The notes under the pieces were generated by a model that was not told the DNA's origin, ran no database searches, and was given only the letters and a program-made list of their open reading frames with translations. From positions 75,950,001 to 76,014,000 of the forward strand of contig CM052823.1 of assembly GCA_028534125.1 (NCBI GenBank): 64,000 bases of DNA, written 5' to 3'. Positions 1-13,004 of this stretch are shown in pieces. This DNA comes from Lama glama (Eukaryota). The translations under genes and the position numbers were made by a program. Numbering within the stretch: position 1 is the stretch's first letter; each line of letters opens with the position of its first letter.

Positions 1-344
1 GACTGACAGTTTCATTCATATCTGATATCCATGCCAAAAGAAGAAATTGCGTAACAGCTGTCCACCATAATGGGCTTCTTAGCATTTGTCAATTTGGCCA
101 AAATGGAGAGGATTTTATGGCCATCATGAGGTCTGATTTGCCCTGTCTGTTTATAGTAAATAACTCTTTTTTCCATTCTCAATTTTTTTCATGTAGTGTC
201 ACATCTGAAATGAACTGAAATAGGGCAAAATTAGAAATGTGCCTAGTGGTTAGGTAAGAGCTTAATGAAATCTGATAATTTCCTGTTGAGGCAGCTGATG
301 GAATCAACACATCAATACTACCACCTTATGCTAAGTGAAGTTTT

Positions 345-660
345 ACAGCACTTTCCTATGCACTACCTCTCTTGAGAAAGATCCTCTAAACATATGTGGG
401 AAGTGGGTAAGGCAGCTAGAATTATCCAAATTTTATGGATGAAGAAACTGAGATATTCCAGACTCAGATATCTTGGGTAATGAGGTGGGGAATGAACAAG
501 ACTTGAAAGTTTACCCAGCATCACATGGTGGAGAGCCGGGAACCTGGGTCTAGACTCCTCAGCCTTCCAGCAGTGAGTCCTGCCACAAAGAGGTGAAATG
601 CCAGAAGAGCCAAGACTTTGGGATGAGAAATGGACTAGAACCCAGATCCTTTACTGGCTG
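345..660 (-). mobile_element. MIR SINE fragment(s)
   Basis: Reverse-complement MIR core 'attttatggatgaagaaactgag' at ~430-452, with MIR-like flanks. Confidence 0.7.
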
Positions 661-674
661 AGGGTTTTTTTTTT

Positions 675-950
675 CTTTCATGTTTCAGGATTTTCTTCTT
701 TTTAAAGGCTAATATTTCATTACATGTATATACTACATTTTATGTATACATTCATCTACTGGTGGACACTTGGGTTGCTTCCACATTTTGGCTATTGTGA
801 TTAATGCTGCTATAAACATGAGTATACAAGTATCTGTTCAAATCCCCTTTTTTTCAATACTTTTGTGTTTATCCCCAGAAGTGGAATTGCTGGATCATAT
901 GGTAATTCTATGTTTAATTTTTTTAAGCATCACTATACCATGTTCCACAG
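675..950 (-). mobile_element. Old LINE-1 (L1M) fragment, ORF2 3' end/3'UTR
   Basis: Hallmark L1 antisense text 'ggacacttgggttgcttccacattttggctattgtga...gaagtggaattgctggatcatatggtaattcta'. Confidence 0.85.
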
Positions 951-1004
951 TTCATTCACTGTTTTTTGACCTGGAAATTAATATCACTTTCCAAAATGAT
1001 TGCA

Positions 1005-3189
1005 TTCTTTCTTTTTAAATTTTTTTTNNNNNNNNNNNNNNNNNNNNNNNNNNNNNNNNNNNNNNNNNNNNNNNNNNNNNNNNNNNNNNNNNNNNNNNNN
1101 NNNNNNNNNNNNNNNNNNNNNNNNNNNNNNNNNNNNNNNNNNNNNNNNNNNNNNNNNNNNNNNNNNNNNNNNNNNNNNNNNNNNNNNNNNNNNNNNNNNN
1201 NNNNNNNNNNNNNNNNNNNNNNNNNNNNNNNNNNNNNNNNNNNNNNNNNNNNNNNNNNNNNNNNNNNNNNNNNNNNNNNNNNNNNNNNNNNNNNNNNNNN
1301 NNNNNNNNNNNNNNNNNNNNNNNNNNNNNNNNNNNNNNNNNNNNNNNNNNNNNNNNNNNNNNNNNNNNNNNNNNNNNNNNNNNNNNNNNNNNNNNNNNNN
1401 NNNNNNNNNNNNNNNNNNNNNNNNNNNNNNNNNNNNNNNNNNNNNNNNNNNNNNNNNNNNNNNNNNNNNNNNNNNNNNNNNNNNNNNNNNNNNNNNNNNN
1501 NNNNNNNNNNNNNNNNNNNNNNNNNNNTCTTCTTTATCCAGTCATCTGTTGATGGACATTTAGGCTGTTTCCATATCTTGGCTATTGTAAATAGTGCTGT
1601 TAGGAACATTGGGGTGCAGGTGTCTTTTTGAAGTAGGGTTCCTTCTGGATGTATGCCCAGGAGTGGGATTCCTGGGTCATATCGTAAGTCTATTCGTAGT
1701 CTTTTGAGGAATCTCCATACTGTTTTCCACAGTGGCTGTACTAAACTGCATTCCCACCAGCAGTGTAGGACGGTTCCCTTTTCTCCACAGCCTCTCCAGC
1801 ATTTGTCATTTGTGGATTTTTGAATGATGGCCATTCTGACTCGTGTGAGGTGATACCTCATTGTAGTTTTGATTTGCATTTCTTTGATAATTAGTGATAT
1901 TGAGCATTTTTTCATGTGCCTATTTATCATTCAGATGTCTTCCTTGGAGAATTGCTTGTTTAGGTCTTCTGCCCATTTTTGGATTGGGTTGTTTGTGTTT
2001 TTCTTATTAAGTCATATGAGCTGCTTGTATATTCTGGAGATCAAGCGTTTGTCAATTTCATCTTTTGGAAAAATTTTCTCCCATCCTGTAGGTTGTCATT
2101 TTGTTTTGCTTATGATTTCCTTTGCTGTGCAAAACCTTGTAAGTTTCATCGGGTCCCATTTGTTTATTCTTGCTTTTATTTCTATTGCTTGAGTAGACTG
2201 CCCTAGGAGAACATTGCTGAGATGTATGTGAGATAATGTTTTGCCTATATTTTCTTCTAGGAGGTTTATCATATCTTGTCTTATGTTTAGGTCTTTGATC
2301 CATTTTGAGTTTAATTGTGTGTATGGTGTAATGGGAGTGTTCTAGCTTCATTGATTTACATGCTGCTGTGCAGTTTTCCCAACACCATTGTTGAAGAGAC
2401 TGTCTTTATTCCATTGTATATTCTTGCCTCCTTTGTTGAAGATTAATTGACCAAAAGTTTGTGGGTTCACTTCTGGGCTCTCTGTTCTGTTCCATCAGTC
2501 CATATGTTTGTTTTTGTCCCAATACCAAGCTGTTTTGATTACTGTAGCTCTGTAGTATTTTGTGAAGTCTGGGAGAGTTATTTCTCCAGCCTCTTTCTTT
2601 TTCTTCAGTAATTCTTTGGCAATTCTAGGTCTTTTGTGATTCCATATAAATTTTATTATGATTTGTTCTAGTTCTGTGAAATATGTCCTGAGTAATTTGA
2701 TAGGGATTGCATTAAATCTGTAGATTGCCTTGGGCAGTGTGACCATTTTAACAATATTGGTTCTTCCAATCCAGGAGCATGGGATATCTTTCCATTTTTT
2801 TAAAGTTGTCTTTAATTTCCTTACTCAATGTTTTATAGTTCTCCATGTATAAGTCTTTCCCCTCCTTGGTTAGATTTATTCCTAGGCATTTTATTACTTT
2901 GGGTGCTATTTTAAAGGGGATTGTTTCTTTACTTTCTTTTCCTGTTGATTCATCGTTAGTGTAAAGAAATGCAACTGATTTTTGTATGTTAATCTTGTAA
3001 CCTACTACCTTGCTGAATTCTGCGGTTGGTTCCAGTAGTTTTTCTGTAGAACTTTTAGAGTTTTCTATATATAGTATCATGTCATCTGCATATAGTGACA
3101 CTTTTACCTCTTCTTTTCCAATTTGGATCCCTTTTATTTCTCTCTCTTGCCTAATTGCTGTGGCTAGGACTTCGAAGACTATGTTGAAT
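1005..3189 (-). mobile_element. Younger 5'-truncated LINE-1 (RT C-terminal half, CCHC domain, 3' end partly in gap), frameshifted
   Basis: Minus-strand ORF-track peptides [10 protein letters not shown] (RT YADD motif), [14 protein letters not shown] and [18 protein letters not shown] (cysteine-rich domain); T-run at ~1005-1027 is the polyA tail; homology stops at 'actatgttgaat'. Confidence 0.95.
1028..1527. other. Assembly gap (500 N)
   Basis: N run. Confidence 1.
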
Positions 3190-3222
3190 TGTATTGTTTT
3201 TCTTTTCCTTTTTTCTCTTTAA

Positions 3223-6200
3223 GTTTTTTTTTCTGTTTTATTGGGATATAATTGACATAAAGGAGTGTTTAAGGTTAAAGTGATACAACATAATGATTGT
3301 ATGTACATACATAATAAAATGACTATCACAATAAGTTTAGTGAACATCCATCATCTCATATGTATACAACATTAAAGAAATAGAAAAAAAAGTATTTCTT
3401 CCTTGTGATGAGAACACTAAGGATTTGCTCTCTTAACAACTTTCATGTATATGATACAGCAGTGTTAATTTATCTTTATTATGTTGTACATTACATCCCT
3501 AGCACTTATTTATCTTATAACTGGAAGTTTGTACCTTTTGACTGCCTTCTAAATTCTCCATCCTCCTACTCCCTGCCTATGGTAATCGTAAGTTTGATCT
3601 TCTTTTGTATAGGTTTGTTTGTTTGCTTTTGAGGTATAATTGACCCACAGCACTATGTTGGTTCCAGGGACAAAACATAGTGATTCAATGTTTCTGTAGA
3701 TTTCAAAATGATCACCAGAGTAAGTCTAGGCGCTATCTGTCACCATACTAAGATATTATGTAGTTATTATGTTCTCCACACTGTACATTTCATACCTGTG
3801 ACTCATTTATTTTGTGACTGAGCATTTATACCTCTTCATCTCCTTCACATATTTCTCCCCTTCTCCCCAACTCCTTCCCTCTGGCAATCACCTGTTTGTT
3901 CTCTATATCTATGACTTTGTTTCTGTTTAGTTATGTTTGTTCATTTGTTTTGGTTTTTAGGTTTTGCATGTAAGGGAAATGATGCAGTATTTGTTTTCCT
4001 CTCTCAGACTATTTCACTTAGCAAAATACCTTCTAGGTCCATCCATGTTGTCACAAATGGTAATATTTCACTCTTTTTATGGCCCAGTAATATTCCATGT
4101 CTTTTTATCTATTTATTTGTTGATGGGCACTTAGGTTGCTTTCATATCTTGGCTATTGTAAATAATGCAACAATAAACATAGGAGTGCATATATCTCTTT
4201 TAATTACTGTGTTCATTTTCTTTCATAAATATTTGGAAGTAGAATGGAAAAAATGTCTATTCAGGTCCTTTGCCCAGTTTTTAAATTGGGTTATCTGTTT
4301 TTTTGGTATTGGATTGTAAGAGTTATCTACGTATTTTGGATTGTAACCCCTTGTTGGATATATTGTTTGAAAATGTCTTCTCCCATTCAATAGGTGGTCT
4401 TTTTATTTTGTTAATAGTTTCTTTCAATGTAAAAAATACTTTTTTGTGGTAGCCTTATTTGTGTTTGTTTTTGTTTCCCTTGTCCAAGGAGACTTATCTC
4501 AAAAAATACTGCTAACACCAGTGTCAAAGAGCTTATTGCCTATGTTTTCTTCTCTAAGTTCTATGGTTTCAGGTCTTACTTTTAAGTCTCTAATGTATTT
4601 GGAATTTATTTTTTTGTGTGGTGTGAGAAAGTAGTCCGCTTTGATTCTTTTACATTTAGCTGTCCAGTTTTCTCAATACAATTTATCAAAGAGTCTGTCT
4701 TTTCCCCGTTGCCTCCCTTTTTGTAGATTAATTGCCCATATGAGTGTGAGTTCATTTCTGCACTCTGTTATGTTCCAATGATCTGTGTGTCTGTTTTTGT
4801 GCCAGTACTGTAACTGTTTTGATGACTACAGTTTTGCAGTATAGTTTGAAATCAGGAAATGTGATACCTCCTGTTTTGTTCTTAAGATAGTCTTGGCTAT
4901 TTGGGTTCATTTTTGTTTCCATACATATTTTAGAATTATTTGTTCTAATTCTTGAAGAATGTCATGGATATTTTGATAGGGATTGCATTCAACCTGTAGA
5001 TTGCCTTGGATAGTATGGTCATTTTAACGACATTAATTCTTCCAGTCCATGAACACATTGTATCTTCCATCTGTTCGTGTCATCTTCAGTTTCTTTCACC
5101 AGTGTCTTATAGTTTTCTGAGTACAGATCTTTTACTTCCTTAGATTTATTCCCAGATATTTTATTCTTTTTGATGTGATTGTAAATGAAATTTTAAAAAA
5201 TCTCTCATTCTGTTTGTTTTTAGTGTATAAAAATGCAACAGATTTCTGTATATTAATTTTAAATCCTGCAACTTTATCAAATTCATTGTAGTTTTTTAGT
5301 GGTGTCTTTAGGATTTTCTGTGTATAATATATCATCTGCAAACAGTGGCAGTTTTATCCCTTCCATTCAAATGTAGGTTTTTAAAAATTTCTTTTTCTTC
5401 TCTGATTGCTGTGGCTGGGGCTTCCAATACTATGTTGAATAAAAGTGGTGAGAGTGAGTATTCTTCCTTGTTCCCAATCTNNNNNNNNNNNNNNNNNNNN
5501 NNNNNNNNNNNNNNNNNNNNNNNNNNNNNNNNNNNNNNNNNNNNNNNNNNNNNNNNNNNNNNNNNNNNNNNNNNNNNNNNNNNNNNNNNNNNNNNNNNNN
5601 NNNNNNNNNNNNNNNNNNNNTTGTCAAAAGATTTTCTGCATCTACTGAGATGATCATATGATTTTTATTCTTCAGTTTGTTAATATAGTATATCACTAGG
5701 ATTGATTTGCATATATGGAACCATCCTTTTATCCCTGAGATAAATCCCACTTGATCATTGTATATGATCCATTTAATGTATGTTAAATTTGACTTGCCAA
5801 TATTTTGTTGAGGATTTTTTGCATCTATGTTCATTGATGATATTGGCCTGTAATTTTTTTTTGTATTATCTTTGTTTACTTTTGGTATCAGTGTGATGTT
5901 GGCCTCGTAGAATGAGTTTTGAAGTGTTCCATCCTCTGAAAAATTTTGGAATAGTTTGAGAAGAATAGGTGTTAATTATCTTTGGTTATATTCTACTATG
6001 TTTGATAGAATTAATCTATGAAGCCATCTGGTCCTGGACTTTTGTTTGTTGGGAGTTTTTTTATTGCTGATTCAATTTCATTAATGATAATTGATATGTT
6101 CATATTTTCTGTTTCCTCCTGATCCATCCTTGGGAGATTGTACATTTCTAGGAATTTTTCAATTTCTTCTAGGTTTCCCATTTTATTGGCATATAATGGT

Positions 6201-8850
6201 TGGTAGTGATCTCTTATGATCCTATGTATTTCTGTAGTGTCAGTTATAACCTCTTTTTAATTTATGATTTTATTGATTTGGGCTCTCTTTTTTCTTGATG
6301 AGTCTGGCTGAAGTCATATCAATTTTGTTTATTTTTTCAAAGAACCAGCTTTTAGTTTCATTAATCTTTTATCTTTCTTTTTTAGACTCTATTTCATTTA
6401 TTTATACTCTAATTTTTATGACTTCTTTCCTTTTACTAACTTTGAGTTTTGTTTGTTCTTCTTTTTCTAGTTTCTTTAAGTGGAAGGTTAGGTTGTTTAT
6501 TCAAGATTTTTCTTGTTTCCTGAGGTAGGCTTATATTACTATAAACTTCCCTCTTACAGCTGTTTTGCAGTGTCCCATAGATTTTGGATCATTGTGTTTT
6601 CATTTTCATTTGTCTCCAGGTATTTTTTTTATTTCCTCCTTGATTTCTTCAAGGTCTCATTGGTTGTTTAGTAGCATATTATTTAGCTTCCATGTGTTTG
6701 GGTTTTTCAGTTTTTTTCTTGTAGTTGATTTGTAGTGTCATACTTTTTGATCAGAAATGATGCATGCTTTCATTTCAATATTCTTAAATTTACTGAGACT
6801 TCTTTTGTAGCCTAGGATGTGATCTGTCATAGATAACTATTCACATTTTCTAGAAAAGAGTGTGTATTCTGCTGCTTTTTGATGGATTATTCTATATATA
6901 TCTATTAAGTTCATCTGGTACAATGTGTCATTTAAGGCCAGTGTTTCATTATTGATGTTCTGTCTGGATGATCTGTCCATTTATGTAAGTAGAGTGTTAA
7001 AGTCCACTACTATTATTATGTTACTGTCAATTTCTCCCTTTATATCTGTTCATATTTGCTGTATGTATTAAGATGCTCCCATGTTGGCTGCATATATACT
7101 TAGAATTGTTATGACTTCTTGTTGGATTGATCTCTTGATCATTATGTAATGTCCTCCTTTGTCTCTTGTTACAGTCTTTGTTTTAAAGCCTATTTTGTGT
7201 GATCTAAGTACTGCTATCCTGGCTTTCTTTTCCTTCCTCATTTGCATGAAATACCTTTTTCCATCCTCTCACTTTCAGTCTGTGTGTGTCTTTAGATCAA
7301 ATTAATTTCTTGTAGGCAGCATATATAGAGGTCTTGTTTTGTATCCATTGAGCCATTCTGTGTCTTTTGATTGGCGCAATTAGTCCATTTACATTTAAAG
7401 TAATTATTTATAGACATGTACTTATTGCCATTTTGTTAATTGTTTTTGGTTTATGAGGGAGGGATTTGTTCCTTCTTTTGTTCTCTTCCCTTGTGATTTG
7501 ATGACTATTTTTGGTGTTATGTTTCCTGTGTGTATCTATTATAGATTTTTGATTTGTCTGCTAGTGCTGTTGCTGGGGCTTAGGGAGTGCTGGGGCTGGT
7601 GTTGGCTGACTGGTGAGTTCACTAGATCCTTACACAGTTGGCTTCAGGGCCTTGGTGGACCCAAGGCTGTGTCCATCCACTGATGGGTCCATCTATGCCC
7701 CAGGGGGGTCCTAGGGCTTGTGTTCACATCCCAGTGGGTTAGGCCAGGTCCTGAGGTTACTACCAACTCACCAGTGGGCAGAGCTGGGTTCTAGAGTATC
7801 TTGCTGTGGGGCCTGGAAGTTCTGGAGTTAGTGTCAACCTGCTGGTGGGTGGTGCCAGGGCCCAGGGGATCCTAGGGCTAGTGTTGACCCACTGGTTGGT
7901 AGAGATGGGTCCCAGGGTCTCTCGCTGCAGGGCCTCAGGGGTCCTGGAGTTGATGTTGGCCTATAGACCTATAGATGGGCAGGGCCAGGGCCAGGGCCCA
8001 GGGGATCCCAGGCTTGGCACCTCTCTGATAGGTGAAGCTGGGTCCAGGGTAGTGACCCCCCCCATTGGTGGGTGGGGCCAAGTACCAGGGTGGCTGGAGG
8101 CTCAAGGGTTCCTAGGCAGCCATCCTCCTGGTGGGTGGGACTGTGTCCCTAATCAGCTAGCTACCTAGCTTGGGAGGTTCTAGGACTGATGCCAACTGGC
8201 TGGTAGGGATGAGCCAGGTCCTGGCACTAACAAACTAGAGGGAGGTTTCCAAAATGGCACTTACCAGCACCAGTGTCCTTGTGGTAGGATGAACTCTATG
8301 TCCCAAGGTGGAGTTCAGTTGCCTCCTGCCTCTCCAGGAGGCTTTCCAAGATCAGTAGTGGGTCTGATCCAGGCTCCTTTCAAATTACTCTTTCTGCCTC
8401 CTAGAGTCCTGGAGCATGTGAGATTTTGTGTGCATCCTGTAAGAGTAGAGTCACTATTTCTCTTAGTCCTCTGGTCTCCAGAAAATAAACCCTACTAGCC
8501 TTCAAAGCCAAATGTTCTAGAGGCTAATCTTCCCAGTGTGGGACCCCAAGGCTTGGGAGTCCAACATGGGACCCAGATCCCTTGTTTCTTGGGAAGAACC
8601 TCTGTAGTTCTAACTACTCTCTATTGGTGGGTCACCTGCCTGGTGATATGCGTCTTGACTATAGTACATATCTGCCCTTCCTACCTGTCTTATTATGATT
8701 CCTTCTTTATATCTTGAGTTGTAAAGACCTTTTCTGATAGCCTTCAGGTCACTTTCATGGATAGTTGCCCTATAAATAATTACAATTTTGGAGTGAATGC
8801 TCCTGGAATGAAGTGATCTTCTTACTCCACCATCTTGGCTACTCCCCTCT
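3223..8850 (-). mobile_element. Older LINE-1 with 3'UTR, decayed ORF2 and GC-rich 5'UTR; ORF1 absent
   Basis: 3'UTR from ~3223; RT remnants MNIDAK...DQVGFISGIKGWF (5430-5834); ORF2 ATG at 7431 (MAIST..IITLNVNGLIAPIKRH, endonuclease N-terminus); repetitive 5'UTR ~7558-8850 ending in a YY1-type 'ccatcttggctactccc'. Confidence 0.9.
5481..5620. other. Assembly gap (140 N)
   Basis: N run. Confidence 1.
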
Positions 8851-9089
8851 GTGGTGCTTTTTAAGAAGGTTTTCCAATACCTGAAATCTCAGAAGAGAGT
8901 TTCAGGGATGGTGGTTTGTTAAAGAGACCTTGATTGAATAAACTTGTATAATGAGAAAAGAGCAACCATTCAATGCAGTTCCTGGTGCCTGACTGCTCCA
9001 AGGATTATATTCCTTCAGTAAGTTTCCAAGACTTGCAATGGCTGTGAAACAGACTTTGACTGGGTTTTATCTAGTAATAAAGTTCTAGA

Positions 9090-9235
9090 CGCTTAACCAG
9101 GACTTCTAATTGGATTTCAGGGGCTCTGTGAAATCCCTGAAATGCTGCGCAAAATGCTGTATCTGCTCAATTGCACTTTTATAGGGGAAAGAAGCCATAA
9201 ATTTCATCAGATTCCAAAAAATTATATTTCTCCCC
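9090..9235. mobile_element. hAT-Charlie fossil (Charlie4z-like)
   Basis: 'ggatttcaggggctctgtgaaatccctgaaatg...ccataaatttcatcagattc' resembles the recalled consensus. Confidence 0.55.
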
Positions 9236-9614
9236 GAGCTATATGAGATCTTAGGTATCCAATAAAATAGCAATTTCTGGCAACTACAGAAATTTCACGA
9301 CATAGTTGAATCATTCAGTTGCTGATTCATTCTATCGATTCATCCTATTACTCCACCATTTAATCACTAATGGTTAAGTGCAAGGCACTAAAACTGCCTA
9401 CACATATTTTGAGCAGTATTTTTTCTTTTTTAATATACGTAAGTTGAGTCTGAAAAGTTAGCAGTGTGTCTCTTATCATCTGGTTCTTCTCTTAATGAGT
9501 AGCTTCTTTGAACAGGTTGAATTTTTAGAGTTTTAATTTCCAAGGTAGAATTTTACATAATTCTGAGTAAGCTCCTTATGATTTTCTGACAGCCAGGACC
9601 CTCAAGTTTTCTGT

Positions 9615-10150
9615 TTATATTGATGAAACTTGAAACCAGTGTTAAAAGCATAAGTAAAGAACGTGGTTGTGGCAAAAAAAAAAAAAAAGTCCCAGAGGAA
9701 GAGATGCTGGCAAAAACTTCACATATAAGAAACTCTCAGAGATATTTCACAATACTGAAAGCACAAAGTATAAAATATTGAAAGCGGATGCAGATTTCAA
9801 AGGAGGACGACAATTCACCAAGGCATAGAAAAGATGCTCCCTCAGTGTCATAAGTTATACAAAGAGAAGGTAGAATGCTCTTGATGAGTTTTTTAACACA
9901 GAAAACACTTTGAGAATTGTAATGTTTCTAATGTTTTAAATTACAGTATATTAAAATACTGGTTTTACTATTTTTTCATTTCCATATGCACTTAAAACCT
10001 AAGAGCATTTTTAACGTTTCAGCAAAATTTTTAAAGGTCACAGTACAGTTGTATTTCTTTTTCTTGATTTTTAAGATTACCTCGCATAGTTTCAGTTTTC
10101 ATGGTCATTTTTACTGTCCTGCACTACTGTGAAAAATTAGTATTGCCTGT
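9615..10150 (+). mobile_element. TcMar-Tigger derivative (MER82-like)
   Basis: 'gtcccagaggaagagatgctggcaaaaacttcacat...aaggcatagaaaagatgctc' and terminal 'gcactactgtg...gcctgt' resemble recalled MER82. Confidence 0.75.
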
Positions 10151-10257
10151 GTGTCTAAAGTTTTGGTGGGGAAAAGCAGCCTAGTTTCTCATCTTTCTCA
10201 AAAGTATATCATAAATATACCCAAAAGAGCACTATTTAAAGATCCAAAAGGATGAGA

Positions 10258-10500
10258 ATTTTTTGAACACTTACAAAGCATCTGCTCTATGTAAGATATT
10301 GTTTCCAGCACTTTACAAATATTAAGCCATTCATCCTCACAATAACCCTGTGAGCTAAGTATATGGTACCCATTTTACAGATGGGGAAACTGAGATGTGG
10401 TTAAGTATTTTGCCGTAAGGCACTCAACTTGTTTGTTGCTGAGCTGGGATTAGAATCCACATAGTCTGTCTCCAGAGCCCATGCTCTGAACCATGCCATT
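10258..10500 (-). mobile_element. Near full-length MIR
   Basis: 'cctcacaataaccctgtgag...cccattttacagatggggaaactgag...gagctgggattagaatcc...tccagagcccatgctct'. Confidence 0.9.
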
Positions 10501-11789
10501 TGTTGCCTATTATGGGATTCATTCGGTCTCTACATTCAGGGACCTTTCAACCGTTGATATGTTCATTCCCAGGCTATTCAGAATGAGTCCCTTTAAAGGA
10601 GTAAGATTTGCAGACCTCTGAATGCCACAGCTGGAGAGACTCTTAAAGATTCCTCTTTGCACATTGGTTTTCCTGTTCAGTAGAACATTCCAGTGGGCCA
10701 CATAGATTGAAAAGAGCCCTTTGAGTTGTGGTACAGAAATGTAGGAAGGTCACTGAACTTTATAGAGGCTACTTATATGTCCCCTGTGCAAGGAATACCC
10801 TCCTCTCACTCCCAAACATACATATACACACATATGGCCCTAAAGTGCCATGGGCCTTTGAAAGCCATCTCAAATGCCTGGCTCTCCACGTATTTGTTTG
10901 CAGAGTGGTCTCCACTCTCCAGTCACTGGGGCATCCCATGCTGGGCTTGGCACCAAGCTGGGGCTTTGGCCTTCTGATAAACCAGGCTTCTGCTCCCGTG
11001 CTGCATGGAACTGCAGGTATCCTGACTAATACCTTAATGCCCCACAACCTCACGGTAAGGAAATGGCAGTCCTACACCCAGAGTCCCTAGTCTGAGCCAG
11101 GGCAAAGTCCTCTGGGGACACAGCAAAGCCTGGGTGTCCCAGTGCTTTAAGGTCAGGATGCACTCTGGGCCTCACAGTGCCAGAAGAGGCCCCCAGATGC
11201 CCTGGTACAAGCCCTGACCCTCTGCAGGGTGGGGAGGCAGGCACTAGCCTTGCAGAACTGCTGCCTGGCATAGCCAAACCCTACCAAATCCTACCTTGCA
11301 ACATGGAGATGACCTGTCTAGCAGGAAGAAGACCCAGCCACCCAGGGTTTGAGGGCTGGGTGTCAAGCCTGACCTCCTCCTCCTTATCTCTAGTACACCC
11401 GGTCTGTCTCTCTTTCATGCCCCTACTCCCAGAGAAACACGACCCAGCCACCTTAGTTCTCCCTGCTGCACTTTCTGATTTGGGTCCACAGTTTGGGGGC
11501 TTCCTGCTGGGGCTCTTGCAAGGAGCAAGATAGATGTGACCTCAGCCTCCAGGGGCTGACAGACAGGGTCTTGACAGAGGGGTTACAGACCTTTATTGAA
11601 TGGTTCCTCAAGTGAGTAAGAACATCCAGTTGGGGGTAGGGAGGCCTGTGGCTGCAGATTGTTCTGTCTCAGAAAGGGGCTGTAGAATGGAACAGGTGGC
11701 CTGGGAGAAATGGGAGCAGGGGGAAGGTGAGCATGATGCTAAGCAGGAAGGATCAGGAAGGAATAGGAAGAAGGCTTGTGACCTGGGGC

Positions 11790-12640
11790 CCAGAGAGAGA
11801 GGGGCAGTGTGGGGTGCACGGGGGCTGGAGATGGTGATAGGGCACACCTGTGCAAAGCCTTGTAGGCGCATTAAAAAGGTTGGAATTTTTCCTAAGAGAA
11901 ATGAGAAGCCACTGAAGGGCTTTGAGCAAGTGATCAACAAAATCATATCTGCATTTTGAAAATCTAAATCACTCTGGCCGCAGTGGGAAGAATATGACAG
12001 GGGGAGGGATATTGGAGGGGATGAAGAGAGACCAGCTGGGAGGCTTCCATAGTTTTTCAGGTAAGAGAGAGAGGTACCGTGGTCTTAGGACATGGAAACA
12101 GAGACAGGTTGGACGAGTTCATGAGATAGTTGGTGGTTAAGTTGGCATGACTGTCATGTTTTAAATCCATGTTATAAGGAGAGAGGAAAGGGGTTAAGCA
12201 TGTCTCCCGAATTTCCAGACTGTGTACCTAGAGGGACGGTGTGCCATTCTCTGAGTTAGGCCCAGTTTTGAGGTGTGGAGGGTTCTTTTAGATTTTAGAA
12301 ATTTCGAGTTTGAGAAATTGCTGGAACACCCTAGTGGTGATTATGGTCTGTGACACGGGGGAGAGTTATGAGCTGATATATGGGCTGTGGAGTCTGTATA
12401 GGCTGAGAAGGGTGTCTTAAGGGACACCAGCATTTGATGACGGACTAGAGCAGGATAAATCTTATAAGTCTGCACAGAAGGCAAGTGAGGATTGGCCCAA
12501 GAGCTGGCGGGAGACTAGAAGAGGCTCATCATGGCTGAGTGCCAGCATTTTTGATAAACAAGGAGGCATGGCTGGGATGCTACAATTATGGAGACAGAGA
12601 GGAAGGAGGAAGCTGGAGAATGTCCAAAAGTCATGAGTTT
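11790..12640 (-). mobile_element. L2 LINE fragment
   Basis: Purine-rich antisense L2 text 'gagaagccactgaagggctttgagca...tttgaaaatc...actctggccgcagtggg'. Confidence 0.8.
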
Positions 12641-12809
12641 CCAAAACCCGGTTTTTTCTTTAAAAAAAAATGGTTTTAACTGTTGTTACTGCTGTTTTAC
12701 AAGAGGAACAAACAACCTGGATGTGGTGAAGAGTATGGACAAGACCTGATGGCTGCAGCATCAGTTTCACTCTCACCTGGGATATTTCACCAAGAGTTCT
12801 GTGTGCATT

Positions 12810-12978
12810 AGGGCTCAATCATAACAATCATCCACTGGGAAAAGTTCAATGTATTATACCACCATTTTAAAGTTGAGGAAACTGAGCCTCAGCATGTCAG
12901 AGCAAGTGGTAAAGTGGGAGGTGAGCACCAACCTGTGGGGGCTGAAAAGTCCATGCTCTTAACCCAAACTACACTTTC
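12810..12978 (-). mobile_element. MIR
   Basis: 'ccattttaaagttgaggaaactgagcctcag...gtccatgctcttaacc'. Confidence 0.8.
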
Positions 12979-13004
12979 TGCTTCCTCTCACTACATGCCT
13001 GGTT

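Noticed and set aside
956-1930. 324-aa and other long ORFs spanning N runs (also at 5345-5834, 33347-33538 and 41854-42198)
   Set aside because: Their length comes from gap X residues; the real portions are L1 ORF2 remnants or non-coding
7558-8850. GC-rich block with short ORFs that looks like a gene or promoter
   Set aside because: It is the repetitive 5'UTR of the adjacent L1 and is CpG-depleted
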